A stretch of DNA of 64,000 nt from Schmidtea polychroa (GCA_044892525.1 CM097885.1:28832001-28896000); one strand, 5' to 3'. Positions 1 to 17,009 are shown, counted from the first letter of the stretch. The notes: generated by a model not told the origin, from the letters alone. A program made the numbers and translations.

Positions 1-2464
1 TCAGCCCTTGTCAAAACATTTCCCAATTCTTCGTCGGTCACATCTGCACTTGTCAGTATGGCATTCATAGCTCGCTTTGCCGATTTGATCATGGACTCAA
101 AAACTCCCCCAAAATGCGGTGCTGATGGAGGATTGAAGATCCAACTACATTGATGCTTCGACAACTCTCTTTGAGTTTTATAGTTGTCGATTACAAAATT
201 CTTTACTGTAGAAGTGGCGCCTATGAAATTTGTGCCATTGTCTGAGATCATCAATTTTGGCATCCCCCGCCTCGCTGCAAACCTCATAAACGCTCGAATG
301 AATGAGTCTGTGTCCAACCCATATGCCATTTCAATATGCACCGCCCGTGACTTTAAACATACGAATAGGCAAATGTACCTTTTATTTCTCACCTTTCCTC
401 TGCCTACTTTAGTTTCAAACGGTCCTGCAAAATCTCCTGCCGAGTGAACCAAGGCTCTAAAAGGTTCTGAAACCCTGAACGCCGGTAACGGTGCCATTAT
501 TTGACTCATTCCTTTAGCTTTTCTTTTTCTACACATTCCGCAATCTGTCTCACACTGTTTGATCATTACTTTGGCCTTCAAAATCCAATATTTTTCGTTC
601 AACACACTTAAGACATGTTGAGTTCCTGCATAATGGCTCAAACTTTCATGGCAATCTTTGATGATTAGTCTGGTGACCCAACTCTTGTCCGATAGAATTA
701 TTGGATATTTTGTCTCCCATGGTAAATTCTTTGCATGAATTATGCGGCTATTACTTCGTAACACAGTCATCTCATCTAAAACTGGTGTCAACTTTAACAA
801 ACGGCTTCTGATATCTACCCTTTCATTCTTGATAAGTCGTGCCAGGTCCTCAGAGAAAAACTTCGCCTGCTCTCCTTTAATTACATTGAGTTCCATTCTT
901 TTAAGCTCCTCAGTTGTAAGTTGTCCTGTGGTTCTTTGGGACTGTGTCGTTCTCGTGTTCAAAATAAATCGCTCCACCCAGGCCCGCACCCTGATCAATC
1001 TCTGCCATGAGGAAAAGGTTTCTACTTTGAAACAGTCCGTGTTCCCTATTCGTCTTTGCCCCTCTACACACGCCATCATTGTTATTCCCTTTCGCAACTC
1101 CTTTGTTACACTGGATTGGTTTAACTCCGTCGCTGGCCAATTTCTAGTAGAAATTTCGGTCCCTCCCACCACATGGTGCTGTTTATCAAATCCGATGCCG
1201 ATAATCCTCTTGTGATCAAATCCGATGGATTTTCACTTGTTGGAACATAATGCCATTGCCCAGGTTTGGTCATTTCTTGAATGAACCCAATTCGATTAGC
1301 TACGAATGGCTTGAATAGTCTCGAATAATTTCGAACCCAATGTATTACGTCTTTACTATCGGACCAGAACCATATCTCACTCATCGGTTTCCCGAGCACT
1401 TCTGAAACCCGTCTTGCTAATTTAACTCCAGTACACGCGGCCATTAATTCCAACCTTGGTATACTTATAATTTGCACTGGAGCTACCTTTGCCCTTGACG
1501 CAATTAACACACTTTTAGGTCCCACCATAGTTTCTTCCCGTAGATATATAGCTGACCCATATGCGGTGCTTGACGCATCGGAGAAGACATGTAATTGCCA
1601 TTCATTTTTCATTTGAGTCCTTAAACATCTCGCAATTCGCAGATCTCCGAGATTATTTGTGTCCTCTACCCACTTGTGTATTTCTTTATTCAACTTTGGA
1701 GGTAGCTTTTCGTCCCAATCAAGCCCTGACAACCACAACTTCTGAATAATCTTTTTCCCTATGATTATGAATGGGCCTAACAGTCCCAATGGATCAAAGA
1801 TTCTTGCCACTATGCTCAATACCTTTCTTTTCGATAAACATTCCTCATTCGGCAGATCTACTTGAAAACTAAATTCATCGTCTTCCGAGTACCATTTCAA
1901 ACCTAGGGTCTTGACGGCCATTGTCGTTTCCTTTTCAATATTCAGTGTTTTAGCTCGTTCTTCAATTGGGATTGTTGCCATAATTCTTTCCGAGTTGGAC
2001 AGCTATTTTCTAGGCCGCATTCCGGCATTGCCCCAAACTGTTTCTAGCCCCTCTTTCAGCCTCATTCCTTCTTCTTCAGAATCAACAGAGTCCATGGTGT
2101 CGTCCATATACGTAGACTTGCAAATAGATTCTGTCACTTTTGGGTAGTCCTTTTCAAATTTCTTTGCATTCTCTTGCGCGACTAGCTGGGCAAGGAATGG
2201 AGATGCATTAAGACCAAACACTAATCGATTAAACTCATACTTAATAATTTTCCCCCCAGTTGACCATAAAAACCGATGATATTTCCTGTCTTCAAGAGCC
2301 ATTCTTATTTGCAGATACATTTCTGCTATATCACAAACAACAGCTACGGAAAATCGACGAAAACGAATTAAAATATCAAAAACTTCATTTTGTAATTTTG
2401 GGCCAACTTCCACCATATCATTAAGTCCCACCCCATTACACCTGGCTGGCCGCATCAAACACAA
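1..2464 (-). pseudogene. BEL pol remainder (RT, RNase H, integrase), broken by frameshifts and stops
   Basis: ORFs 2003-2464 and 1121-1981, plus integrase motifs below 1140 in other frames. Confidence 0.9.
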
Positions 2465-5027
2465 TACGCACTTTCGTGGTGTCCTTATCTCTTCTAACCA
2501 CGGGAAAGTGTGGTAATATCCATTCCGAATCTCCAGGCATCATTTTCTCTTTTACAATACTTATATAATCTTTTTTCAGGTAACCATTCAAAATATCCTG
2601 ATACTCAGTTCGTAAGTCTTCCTTTACAAGCCTCTTGTTCAAACTTCGCAGTCGACTTTCTGCCATTTTTTCACTATTGGGCAAAGCTGTTGGTGACTCT
2701 TTCCATGGCACTTTTACCTCGAAATGTCCATCTACTTTCTTCATCTCAGATTTGGTTTTCTCATAAATCGCTTGGTCTTTCGCTGCAAATATATTTTCCT
2801 TTAAGCCGCTATCATCAATTTCCCAAAGTCGCTCCATCTGTCGTTGCAAATCCTCGCCATTACCGAAGAACGTTCGTATGAAATTGCTTTGATGGTTCCA
2901 AGTTCTTCCCACCGAGGTTCTTCCCACACATGTCCAGCCAAGTGGCGTTAAACGGGCAATCGGTTCATCCAACTTACCATCGATTTCTTTGAGTGCTCGT
3001 TGAAGCGTTAAATAATCCGCGCCAATTAACACTTCAACTGCCTGTCTCTCGTCTAGCATCGAAAAATGGATGCCCTTCAGGTGAGTCCACTTATGTTTTT
3101 CTCTGGCCCAATTTACTACCTTCATTTCTCCCGTGATATTTGTTACGGCCAGTGCGTTGAAGTTTTTCGTCAATCGGCCGTCATTACTAATTAACTTCAT
3201 GGTCACTGGAGTAGCCATCATTTGTTGGACATTACCTCCGATAACCCCTATCGGTGTCCTCTTTTCCACCCCTTTTAACCCAAGCTCCTTTAAAATTCTT
3301 AGATTGATGTAGCTTACTGAGCTTGCATCATCTAACAGTGCATTGACTTTTATTTTCTTGTTCCCATTTTCCAGGTAGATTGGAATTGTTCTTAAACTAA
3401 GGTAAGGTCTTAGGTTTTTCTCGTTCATCCCTTTCTGGGTCAGCATCGTGTTGTTACCTTTTTCACTCTCCTCACTAATTTGTCTTTCATGTAATAATTC
3501 GTTGTGCCTTTGCTTACATCCGGTAACCTTGCAGAAAGATTCTTTACGACATTCCTTGGCCATGTGATTTCTTTTGAAGCAATTCCTGCACAGTTTCTTT
3601 TCTTCGATGACTTTCTTCCTTTTAGGAATTGTGAGTTGCTTGAACTTGTCACATTGGTCTAGGTAATGTTGACCACCACAGTGTACACACTCTGATCTAT
3701 AGCCGTTAGAGTTATTCACCTGTATAACTGTTCCACTTTTAACTCTGCCATCTGGTTGCCCCGTAAAATACGTCCGACCTCCAGGATTGAATCTTTCTCT
3801 TCCCCTAGACACCCCTTCTACTCTTGACCCATCATAAGCCCTGGTGCTTGGTTTAGTCCCATACACAACCTCGTTAGTGGACCTTAGGATCTCCGCTTCT
3901 TGTTGTATCCATCTTCTCAAATCCTCTATCGTCTCCCGCAATTCCTTTTCTATTTTGTCTTTTTTCCATTTATACACAAGATTCGTCGTTAACTTGCCCA
4001 AACACTTTTGAAAAAGATAGCCAGTCTTTAACTCGGATTCTTTCCCAGTGGATTTAAATCGCACGGTGACCGTTTCTAATAATCCAACAAATGAGTCTAG
4101 ATCCTTCAAATCTCCTTCTCGAATTGGCCTGAACTGTTCCATCTCCTCTAACATTGATAAATATATCCTTTCATCCCTACCATATCGCCTATCCAACTTC
4201 TCTTTTGCCATTTGATAAGCCTCTGCCGAATATCCAAGATTTTCAATTAACTTTAATGGCTCTCCGTGAAGGTACTTGTGCAGGTGAAACATCTTTTCAA
4301 CCTCATCACCTTCCGCTTCGTCAACATATGCAGTAAAAGCTGCTTTCCATGGTTCGTACTCTTTCATCTTGCCTTCAAAAACAATGATTGTAATTTTCTG
4401 TAGACTTTCCAGTTTTCTTTTATGCCCGGAATTATTCTTCTTGATGGTATCCTCATTCACATTTTCCTTCTCTTCCATAAAAGATTGATTTGCTTTTCTT
4501 TCCATCAATGCCCCAATTATTTGATATTTTTCCTCGGTCTCTTGCAGGTCTTTATCTAAGATTGCAGTGATGTCCAATCTTTGCAGTTTTTTACTGATTG
4601 TTCTCAGATCCCCTAATTCTTCATCTAGACTCTCCTTTTGATCTTCATATTCCGCCAACCATTCGCTAACATCCTTCCCATTTATATCATTGAGAATCTT
4701 GTTTCTTAATCTCGTTAATTTTCCTTTTTTCATTCTCTTTTTCCACAGTCCGTCTTCTAAAATCTCTTCGTCATTGCCGCCGCACAGCCTGAGTGACAAA
4801 TGAAGTGTCGACCCTACTTGTATCCTATAATCATTCAATCTTCTTTTATTTTCTAACTGCTTTCCTGCGTATACTAACATTTGATAATTTTTCGGAATTC
4901 CTTCTTTGTCCTGGATTTTTCCTTTTATCTTTTCAATTGTGTCCTTCCATTTAACGTCCAGAGTAATTGTCTTACCAGTAAGAGTTTTGACAAATATTTG
5001 ACTTTCCCATCGCAACTCAAAACCCAT
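2436..5027 (-). CDS. Ubiquitin-Gag-protease-RT(N) part of the BEL polyprotein
   Basis: First in-frame ATG next to the ubiquitin is at 5027 ([16 protein letters not shown]). Ubiquitin spans 4776-5000, followed by Gag, the three-knuckle cluster and the aspartic protease. Confidence 0.85.
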   Translation of the reverse strand: MGFELRWESQIFVKTLTGKTITLDVKWKDTIEKIKGKIQDKEGIPKNYQMLVYAGKQLENKRRLNDYRIQVGSTLHLSLRLCGGNDEEILEDGLWKKRMKKGKLTRLRNKILNDINGKDVSEWLAEYEDQKESLDEELGDLRTISKKLQRLDITAILDKDLQETEEKYQIIGALMERKANQSFMEEKENVNEDTIKKNNSGHKRKLESLQKITIIVFEGKMKEYEPWKAAFTAYVDEAEGDEVEKMFHLHKYLHGEPLKLIENLGYSAEAYQMAKEKLDRRYGRDERIYLSMLEEMEQFRPIREGDLKDLDSFVGLLETVTVRFKSTGKESELKTGYLFQKCLGKLTTNLVYKWKKDKIEKELRETIEDLRRWIQQEAEILRSTNEVVYGTKPSTRAYDGSRVEGVSRGRERFNPGGRTYFTGQPDGRVKSGTVIQVNNSNGYRSECVHCGGQHYLDQCDKFKQLTIPKRKKVIEEKKLCRNCFKRNHMAKECRKESFCKVTGCKQRHNELLHERQISEESEKGNNTMLTQKGMNEKNLRPYLSLRTIPIYLENGNKKIKVNALLDDASSVSYINLRILKELGLKGVEKRTPIGVIGGNVQQMMATPVTMKLISNDGRLTKNFNALAVTNITGEMKVVNWAREKHKWTHLKGIHFSMLDERQAVEVLIGADYLTLQRALKEIDGKLDEPIARLTPLGWTCVGRTSVGRTWNHQSNFIRTFFGNGEDLQRQMERLWEIDDSGLKENIFAAKDQAIYEKTKSEMKKVDGHFEVKVPWKESPTALPNSEKMAESRLRSLNKRLVKEDLRTEYQDILNGYLKKDYISIVKEKMMPGDSEWILPHFPVVRRDKDTTKVRIVFDAASQV

Positions 5028-5358
5028 TACCCCGCTCGCCCTCACCCTTGACTCAGCTCTGTTCTTTACCCTGTTCCCCTGGCTTCCCCCTTTAAAAGAG
5101 TGCTGGGGCCCATAGCAGCACTTTCCCACGCTCGGTAGGGAAGGGAGGATGTTTAATTTTACAAAAGTATTATAATATATACATAATATGCGTGACCACA
5201 AACAAGATTTTTTATAATACATATTAAATACCAAAATATTATTAATTACAAAAATATTATTAAACACATAATAAACATAATATTTACATAATATATATAA
5301 AACCAAAAAAGACATTTTATAATACATATTAATTACCTTGTTCCGGCTGGCTAGCCGG

Positions 5359-5376
5359 AACCACGCTCTGCTACCA
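5359..5376 (-). promoter_or_regulatory. Primer-binding site, initiator tRNA-Met type
   Basis: Minus strand reads TTCA|TGGTAGCAGAGCGTGGTT, which is complementary to the animal tRNAi-Met 3' end and follows an LTR-type CA. Confidence 0.85.
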
Positions 5377-5449
5377 TGAATTAACCGAATTGAACGAATA
5401 ACAATTTTATTTGAAATAGACTCGATGGAGTCGGCTCTATGTGGCAACA

Positions 5450-5972
5450 AAATTTCACAGCATTGAATGATCTGTTCGAAATCATAATTTACATAAACAT
5501 CATCACTTAAGTCATAATCCGATTTCATAAAGTCTAAGTTTGATTTTATCACATCGCTCGTTATAGTAGAAGAAATTCTTCCTGTAGCCACAATGCATAA
5601 ATATCTCGTTTCCTTTGCTAATTGAACTCCTGATGGATTGAGACTCGCAATATTGCGTAACTTGTAAATCATAGATCCGTCAACATCAACCATAGATGAG
5701 GCAATATATTGAATTTTGTTATCATCTAATAAATTCCAAAACAATTTTGTATTAGAAGGCATTTCTACAGAAGATTGTAGTAGATTACATTTGACCACGA
5801 GGAGCGCAAACTCACAATTTGCTGTCCGATTATTTGACAATACAGAAGGGTAATTAATATTTGATGGAATTTTTCTTAAAAACATCTCAAAATCTTCAGG
5901 ATTGGCACAAATCTCAATTTTGCTATCAGAATCATCACTAAAATGATATTTCATCCATGAAATAAACGCCAT
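5450..5972 (-). other. Unidentified coding-like segment upstream of the BEL element
   Basis: About 175 codons of protein-like composition, in frame with gag. No family recognised. Confidence 0.35.
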
Positions 5973-7035
5973 TTTAACAAAGGAACTTGTTCCAGAACCG
6001 AAAGCCCTTTTTAAACTTCCACCAATAACAAACCAATTTAAAACAAATCAATTCGAATTAAAAATCCAGAATTTCTGCCAAAAACCATTTATCATATAAA
6101 AAATTAACAATTAATCAAAACCTACTTCTCGCGTCTGTGTGCGCACACCAACAAGAATCGGTCTAACCAGACCGCGCACACAGACGCGATAGAAAAAAGC
6201 CAAACCACACCCACAACTATATGCGTCTGTGTGCGCCCACAGCCAACAACACAAGGATAGTAAAAGGCGCACACAGACCTTTCCATTCATACTGGAAACT
6301 TTATTTGGACAATTACTTTCTCTTCTGCAACGATTTTCTTTAATTTTGCCATTTATTCTACATTTCTTATCGTATATCTTTCATCTGTGACAGACAAAAC
6401 ACTTGTTCACCCAGATAAAAAAATACTTTAGCTATTTGCATATAATATACTTCCTTAAGTAGGATGTCTCATAAATACGTTTCATTACGACGTTGATTAA
6501 TTTATTTCTTGTTGGTCTCATTTTTAAAAAATATAAACTCCTCATCTATTTAATAAAGGTTTGACTGTCTTAGCAGGCAAAAAAAAACTCCTTTATTTAC
6601 TGTAGACATTTCCTATCTTTAAGGACCTTTCCTCAAATCATATCCAAATATCAGTTAGATGTTCACCTGATACGTACATGAATTTATAAGTAATATTTAC
6701 AAATTATTATTAGAAAACCCCAAAATTTAAATGGGAAATCCAGACGGTAACTCATCAAAACTGACAGGCCCATTGTCAAAAAGATAAGATACTGTTTAAA
6801 AATATTTCACAAAAGAAATAAATTGTTGTAAGAATTATTTTATTTGCAATCTACTGAAAACTTGCTAAAAACGAAATAATTGGATCGAGTGCGTTGAATT
6901 TATCCAAGGACTACTCAATAAATTAAACAATTTTTCGAGTTTGCCCTGAAATTCTAATTACAATTAAATTATTAGATTCCTACATACTAAAGAATAAAAG
7001 CCTAAGAAACATTTCTAAATTAATTTAAATAAAAT

Positions 7036-7068
7036 TAATAAAAATTTAAAAGATATAATAATAATAAT

Positions 7069-7126
<58 letters not shown>

Positions 7127-7132
7127 TTAATG

Positions 7133-7188
<56 letters not shown>

Positions 7189-7211
7189 TTTTATTATTAT
7201 TATTATTATTA
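7036..7211. repeat. (AAT)n/(TTA)n microsatellite
   Basis: Visible triplet repeat. Confidence 0.95.
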
Positions 7212-7333
7212 GTATAAAGTGATGATTTCTTAGAAGCAGCATTTATTATTTAAAACAATAAAATGATAATTTAAGCCTTTTGCTGCAAATAATGTATTTA
7301 ATGAAAAAAATTTCGACTATAAGATAGTCCTTG

Positions 7334-7511
<178 letters not shown>

Positions 7512-8906
7512 AAAACTCATGTTAAAAATTCATCGAAGAAAAGAAAGTGTTTAAAGGAAATTGTCCATCCATTTCAGATTTCTATACCAACAAGATACAA
7601 CTTTTGACTTGTAAAGTAAAATGATTTCCCAACAGTTCCAAAGATTTGTCAAGAAAAGAAGTATAGTTAGAAAATCATGTTCTAAATTTACAGATGCTTA
7701 ATAAAATATTAATAAAACTTAATATAATTAAAAGAATGGTGGATGCTTACTTCAAAAATAATACATTAGAAAAAAGGATTTAAATAAATATCAGAAACTG
7801 TCACATGTTTTTTGTATGATAAATAATTTGCAATGAATGATTCTGACCATTGGTGCTCAGTTGGTCTCCACACATCGAGAGGTCTATAAAGTCTCTAGGA
7901 ATGGAAAAATTATGTTAAGAGTTAAAGAATCTGCTTTTTATCTTATTATTATTATTATTAGAGCAGTGAAATATTTTGTGAGTTAATTTGTCAATAACCG
8001 AATTAAAAGTCATACGTAAATTGGCGGCTCTGTAATTTCAAAAACCTTTTAATAAATGATTAGTTGCTTAATAAAACTCTGTTAAAAAGTCTGTTTACGG
8101 TGTTTCAATGTTTAAACAAAATATTAATATTAATATTAGTATTTATTAATAACAATAATTCCATATTTAATCTAAAAAACTAAGTTTTAATTTTTTTCTC
8201 GTGAAGTTTGATGAAATAAATTATTTTAATTAATTAAATAGTTTTGTTTTTTTATGCCTACTTAAATTAGAAACGAACTCTCTTTAATTTGAATTTATAT
8301 ACTGTGTTTAAATTTAAAAGGATTAAAAAATTAAAAGAAAAATAAGAAAGATTAAGAAGAAAAGATAAAAAGAAAAGAAAATCTAATTTTATGAAATGTT
8401 TAAATTTCAAATAGGTTCACAAATTAATATTATTTTATTGTGAAGTACGTATGAGATTATTGTTTCCTCATCAAATGACATTAATTTCTTATTATATAAC
8501 TCATATGACTTTAAAATCCAAAATTTGTTTAACTATTCATTCATTAAACAAAATAAACCTGACATAAAAATTTTAAATTAAATAAAAAATTAAATTTTAA
8601 ATCCGTAAAATTTATTTTTAACTGAAAGAATATAAAAATCTTTAACAAAAATCTAAATATTAAAATAAATAATTCTTATTAAAACAAAGTAAGATTAAGC
8701 ATTATAATTTTTCCATCCAACACATTTTCATTTAAACGCGAAATGAGTACGAGGAAAATTTGAAGATCTGCCAAATTTTCGATATGCATAATTCGATAAA
8801 CATAAGAAATGTGAATTAATTTATTATTCAATTTAAAATATAGTTTTAAATATTATCATGGAAATTTAAACATATTATTTATTATATATTTATATTATAT
8901 ATAAAC

Positions 8907-11863
<2,957 letters not shown>

Positions 11864-13239
11864 TCCATCTATATGTCGAATCAGACAAGAAAACATAAAT
11901 TTTCTGAACAAATCCGAAAAATGCAACTGCCTCAGTGCAAGCGTCATCAGCTGCAACCCCAGACAGATTCAGTGAGTGTGCCATAGAAGGAATATAGGAC
12001 GCCCTTTTCATGATTGCTGGCATTGTCGTATGTCTGACCTCTGCGAAAAAGTTTCAACAATTGTATCGAAGAGATGAATACCGGTGTGTGACGAAATTTG
12101 AACAAATTTTAGAAAACGTTCAACAGGTTGGCCATTACTTTTCACATAGCTAACCGTGAAAGTTAGTTGATCTGTGTATGATATATCAGGCGTAGAATCA
12201 ACACTGAAGAAAAAATACTTTGTCCTTTTTAATTCATCAATAATAGCTTTGATGACTTTTCTGGCCATTAGTCCCACAAATTCTTCATAAGTGGTGGATG
12301 ATAGGTATGATACGATACCACGACCAGCATTTCCATATGTGTCAATATGTCCCGCAATAAATGAATCATATTTGGCTAAGTACTCCAAACAACCCAAAAG
12401 GTTTCCATTATCTGCACTTCCAAAGGTTTCTGAAGATCCTCCACGCAATGCGAGGAATTTTATTGTTGAAACAACTCTCTTTAAGTCTTCTCTCCAATAA
12501 TTGCTTTGCTTATCAGCGTGCTCCCAAATTGATTTGTCCAAAGTCTGAACATTGGATATACGCGTTGCATAAGTAGTTAGAGCGTATCTGTGATCAGCTG
12601 ATTTTTCGTGTTGTTTAAGTCGATTTATGGTACTCCAGCTGTCAAATCCTGTAGTCGCAAGAGCAGACGAACTGTTTATCGAAAACAGTTTACATACAAA
12701 ACAAAAACGCATCCAGATGATGACGAATACAAAAGCCAATGCCTTTGAATTTTTTCTCCATTGTGAGATTGTGAATAAAATGCTGAATTGTTCAGTTTTC
12801 TGTTACAATTGGCATATTTCCTTAACGAATTTGCATAAACTCCATCACGGTTTGCACACGCATTGGGCCCAGCGTGGAGTCAATAATTCACAAGATTACT
12901 ATCCAGTACATCCCACAAGGCTGGCTCAGTTACAGAAATAATATCATGTTTAGTAGTGTCAAACAAAGTTAGCGTATTTACGATTGATTCAGGCTGGATG
13001 ATATTTAGTTGTTCTGATGAAGAAGTTATTTCATTAAAATCGTTTTCTTGCGGCGAAAAATCTGTTGCAGATGAACTTTGTAGTAATTTCTCAGTATCAG
13101 CTAATTTTATTTCAACGGATTCACTATAAGTTTCAGATCTTTTAACAAACTTATCGATTCCGCCACGTTGCAGTTCTGCCGCCTTTTCAAAAAGACGTTT
13201 TCTTTAACGTTTTTGTGCACCAGATTCAAATTTTTTCAT
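11864..13239 (-). pseudogene. ZMYM1-like (DUF4371/TTF zinc finger) hAT transposase fragment
   Basis: MKKFESGAQKR start, FCFVCKLF, HEKSADH, LALRG, DNGN, SVDSTPDIS..DQL, ERFL, AHSLNL, STYRW. Frameshifted and cut off at the ATC array. Confidence 0.85.
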
Positions 13240-13588
13240 GGTTTAATAGTAAATGTTAATTATTGTTAATATTAGTGTTAATAATAATATTATTGATACT
13301 AATGTTTTTAAAAATAATTATAATATACTATTATGTAATTTTGTGTAACGGTCATATTTAACTTTTATAAATTGATTTTTTAAGGAAAATGTTTTATTTG
13401 ATTAAATTGTAATATCAAGGAACAATAAAAATTAGGTCGAACACAACTCAACTAATAAACACTTTGAAAATGGCTTACTTATTTATCTGAATTATATTTA
13501 CATAATTAACTTACAATATTATTCAGAGTTATAAATTTATAAATCAAGATTATATATTTTATTTTTTCGTTTAAAAAAATACCCATAT

Positions 13589-13725
13589 AATGGAACGAAA
13601 AAAACGCATTACAGTAACTGATGAAATTCACAATTTAGTCATTAATATGGCTAACTTTGCAAATAAGCCTTCGATTAAGGATATCGCTTTTGCACTTGGA
13701 TTAAGCATTTATTCGGTCAGCCGGG
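13589..13725 (+). pseudogene. N-terminal HTH fragment of a Tc1/IS630-like transposase
   Basis: MERKKRITVTDEI...IKDIAFALGLSIYSVSR resembles the N-terminus of the transposase at 42777-43686. Confidence 0.45.
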
Positions 13726-14028
13726 ATTGGCTATGTTTCATCAACTAAAAAAAGGAAAGAAATTTGGGATAGAAAAAACTCAATTAAAATTTTATGTTTA
13801 AATTTCACAGAATAATCCGTTACATAAAGACTGTTTGCCATTTTCTTAACAACAACTCACTTCTCTTGTTTCCCCGAAAAATATTTATTTTTAATTAATT
13901 AACTCCAAATTTTGAAAGAGGAATAAAACATTTATCTTATCTTGTGACATGATTGATTGTAAAAAGTGTATTTCCTATTGTCATAATTTAAATAAAAGTA
14001 TTTATTAACTTTATATAGGTGACAAATC

Positions 14029-15042
14029 TGTTGAGGTTTCAAAAATAAATTATTAAATTACATCAAATTGAATAGTTTCGAATAAAAAGAAAACCGAAAT
14101 TGAATGAAAAGGAATGGCGGGCAGGCAGAGTAGTAGTGGCAAAGAAAGATATGATAAAAACAGGACTATAAAAGGGTTCAATCAAACACGAAATGGAAAA
14201 ATGGACAAACCTGAGGAAGTGGAATAAAGTGAAATGTTATCGAAATTGAAGCTGGAAAACGGGAGAGGGGTATATTAGGGGATGGTGAAGAAGAAAGTTA
14301 GCAAGAAATTGTTAGAAAATGTTTAGAAAGGGTCGTAAAACAGGCAAATATGAAAAAACACAAAATATAAATTAATTAATTATTTGGCTAATGGGAAACC
14401 CGAGCTAATGGAAAGTCCGAGCCAATGGAGAACCCGAGCGATGAAGAAAACCCGAGAGCGGCAATTTGGAAGGATAAGCAAACTGGGAATCCAGAGGGCA
14501 ATTATCCAAACAGTCGGATAAACGAGGGTAAACAAAAGAAGGAGAATTACTAAGAGGGTCAACAAAAATAATTAATTAGAGAATGATAACTAAAGAAGTC
14601 AAAATAAATTAGGTCAAAAATGGAGCAATTACAACTATTATGGGAGTATATAAGGAAACTCCAAATTCAGATAATCGGCAGTAGCCTTTGGTAGTGAAGA
14701 AGAAACTGACAATAGGAATTTGAGGAACAAAGCCAAGAAAAAAAGGAATTATAAGAGGAACTAAAGAATTAGAAAAAGAGTATTAAAATAGTTTAAAACA
14801 GAGAGGGGAATCAAATAAAAAGGTGAAACTTATTTTTAAATCGCACAAGGTCGTGACTTTCCAGAGCAGAGTTCGATCGGAAATTGTGAGCAAAATCGTG
14901 GTAACTTTGAGTTGTAATTATTTATTGAGAATTTTAAATTTGCTATAAAAGAAATATAGGTTGGGAGTTGTGCTAATCAATTTTTGGAACACGTGGAGTC
15001 AGAGTAACCAACGGTTGATTTTTAGTATCATAAAACCCAACA
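14029..15042 (+). mobile_element. Solo LTR related to the Gypsy LTR at 30588-31405
   Basis: TGTTGAGG...AAAACCCAACA, internal AATGGxAAACCCGAG repeats, GGAACACGTGGAGTCAGAG motif, imperfect 4-bp TSD AATC/AATT. Confidence 0.8.
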
Positions 15043-15700
15043 AATTTTAACATAAAAAGTATGAAAAACTAAGGACACCCGAAATTTATTAGTTTAGAAC
15101 GCATACAGTGATCATTGGTCACATAGTTAACTATGTTACGTTATGATCTCTTGTAAGGCTATGAATTGTAAAATACTTAAAAATAAAGATAATATAATAA
15201 AAAATATATTTAATAAAATACAAAAATATATTATTATTGACAAACTTTTTCAGTGAATTTTGCATATTTTTTCAATTCATTCTCTACCAAATAAGGCTTC
15301 TTAAAACAGGATTTTAAGATCCCAGAGGCGAAATATTGGTTGAGAAATTGTCTTTATTACACTTTAAGGATTCTAATAAAAAGAAACTGGTTTAGCGGTA
15401 AAAATTGAACAAAATCTGTTATGTAATTTATTAATAATTTAATAAATAAATTAAATTTTTATATAAATTTTTAACATTATTATCTCCAGAGTTTCTGGTG
15501 GTAGTTGAATTCATTAAAATATTTATAATGCGTTTGGTGATAATATCAGGTTTATTTTAATATCATAATATATAAATATAATTTATTTATTCGAGAAGTT
15601 TCTAAATAGTTATTCATGTAATAATTAATAAATTAATTAATTTCAACATAAAATCATATTTGCGAACAAAATATAAATACAATAGAAGCATTACATAGAT

Positions 15701-17009
15701 CAAGGCTTCTTAAACTATGGGTCAAGCGAAATATTTGGGTAGCGAAATTTTTATATAAAATATCCAAATACATAAAATTGCATAATTGTCTTATGTTTTC
15801 CTAGTCATTGGGCAAATGGGAATTTGCTCGTAGCAGTGACGTAGCTATGGTTGGGCAGGGGGGCGCCCCTGGTGGCACTTGCTCTGGGACGGCATATTCG
15901 CGTTAAGATTGTCTGTATGTATATTTTCTTTATTGAAAGAAAAAGATTAATAAATTTCGTCGCTGCCGCAGCTATGCGAGACGAAACAGACATATTGAAA
16001 GAAAGCCCCTTTGAGCTTTTACAGTTCATTCAAAAATATAATCTTGGAAATTCCGTACCCAATATTGTCATTTTATCACGAATTTTCCTGACAATTGCTG
16101 TAAGTGTGGCTAGCTGTGAGAGAAGTTTTTCAAAATTAAAATTAATTAAGAATTACTTAAGATCTTCTATGCACAGTTTACGGTTGAGAAATCTTGCCAT
16201 ATTATCAATAGAACATCAATTAACGGAGTAAGCAGACTTCGATGATGTTATTAATGATTTTGCTAGACGAAAAACAAGAAGAGTAATTATGTAGATTGTA
16301 GAATATAGTTTATGGGTATTAATGTTCTAAGACAATTAAAATGTATCAGTTGATGATTGTTATATTATATTGTTTTTATTGTTATATTACATTAGTGTCC
16401 TTTTTTATTTTAATACCAATTTATATAAACAACTTTTGTATACAATATTTTTAGTTGTTGGCTAATTTTATAATTAATTTATTTTGTGTTTTTTACTCTG
16501 TAATGATATGTTAATTTTGTCTTGTTTTATACTATTTGATATATTGCATTCTATTGTATTATTTAAAAATTAAATATAATGATAATTTGACAATGCTTAA
16601 TTTATTATATGTTTTAATGTATTATAAAACACTTTATTTAAATAAGAAAAAAATATTTCATCCAAGAATAAATAGTATGTATATGTGAAGGGTATGTAGC
16701 GTATTTGGAAAGGGAGGCAAAATGGGCCGTCTGTTTTGGAAAGTTTTTATTTTAAAAAATGTACAGGGAGGGGGCGGCAATTTTAAGGATCGCCCCGGGC
16801 GGCACATACCCTAGCTACGCCATTGGCCTGTAGTGACCAATATAAAGTCAGTCACAAAATTAACGATCTATTTAGCAATTTCCAGCACTTAAATCTCATT
16901 AAAATATAATATAAAAATTTATATACCTTTATTTTAAATTATAAGGGGTCTCAAAAAAGGTTTACAGTCATAAATTGGATCGTGAATGAAAAACATCTAA
17001 GAAGCCCTG
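15701..17009. mobile_element. Non-autonomous hAT element hosting a nested insertion
   Basis: TIR CAAGGCTTCTTA / TAAGAAGCCCTG, 8-bp TSD ACATAGAT/GCATAGAT. Confidence 0.85.
15834..16825 (+). mobile_element. Internally deleted hAT element retaining the dimerization-domain fragment
   Basis: TIR CAGTGACGTAGCTA / TAGCTACGCCATTG, TSD GCTCGTAG/GCCTGTAG, coding remnant FLTIAVSVASCERSFSKLKLIKNYLRSSM..RL..LAILSIE. Confidence 0.88.

Larger units (their letters stand above)
1..5449 (-). mobile_element. BEL/Pao LTR retrotransposon, decayed, running off the window start
   Basis: Order Gag ([42 protein letters not shown]), protease (ALLDDAS), RT (DIAEMY, YMDD), Pao RNase H (FSDAS, IPRLEL, WSDS, NPSDLITRG), integrase (HxxH/CxxC, SDNGTNF, PHFGGVFE). 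A tRNA primer site lies at 5359-5376. Confidence 0.95.
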
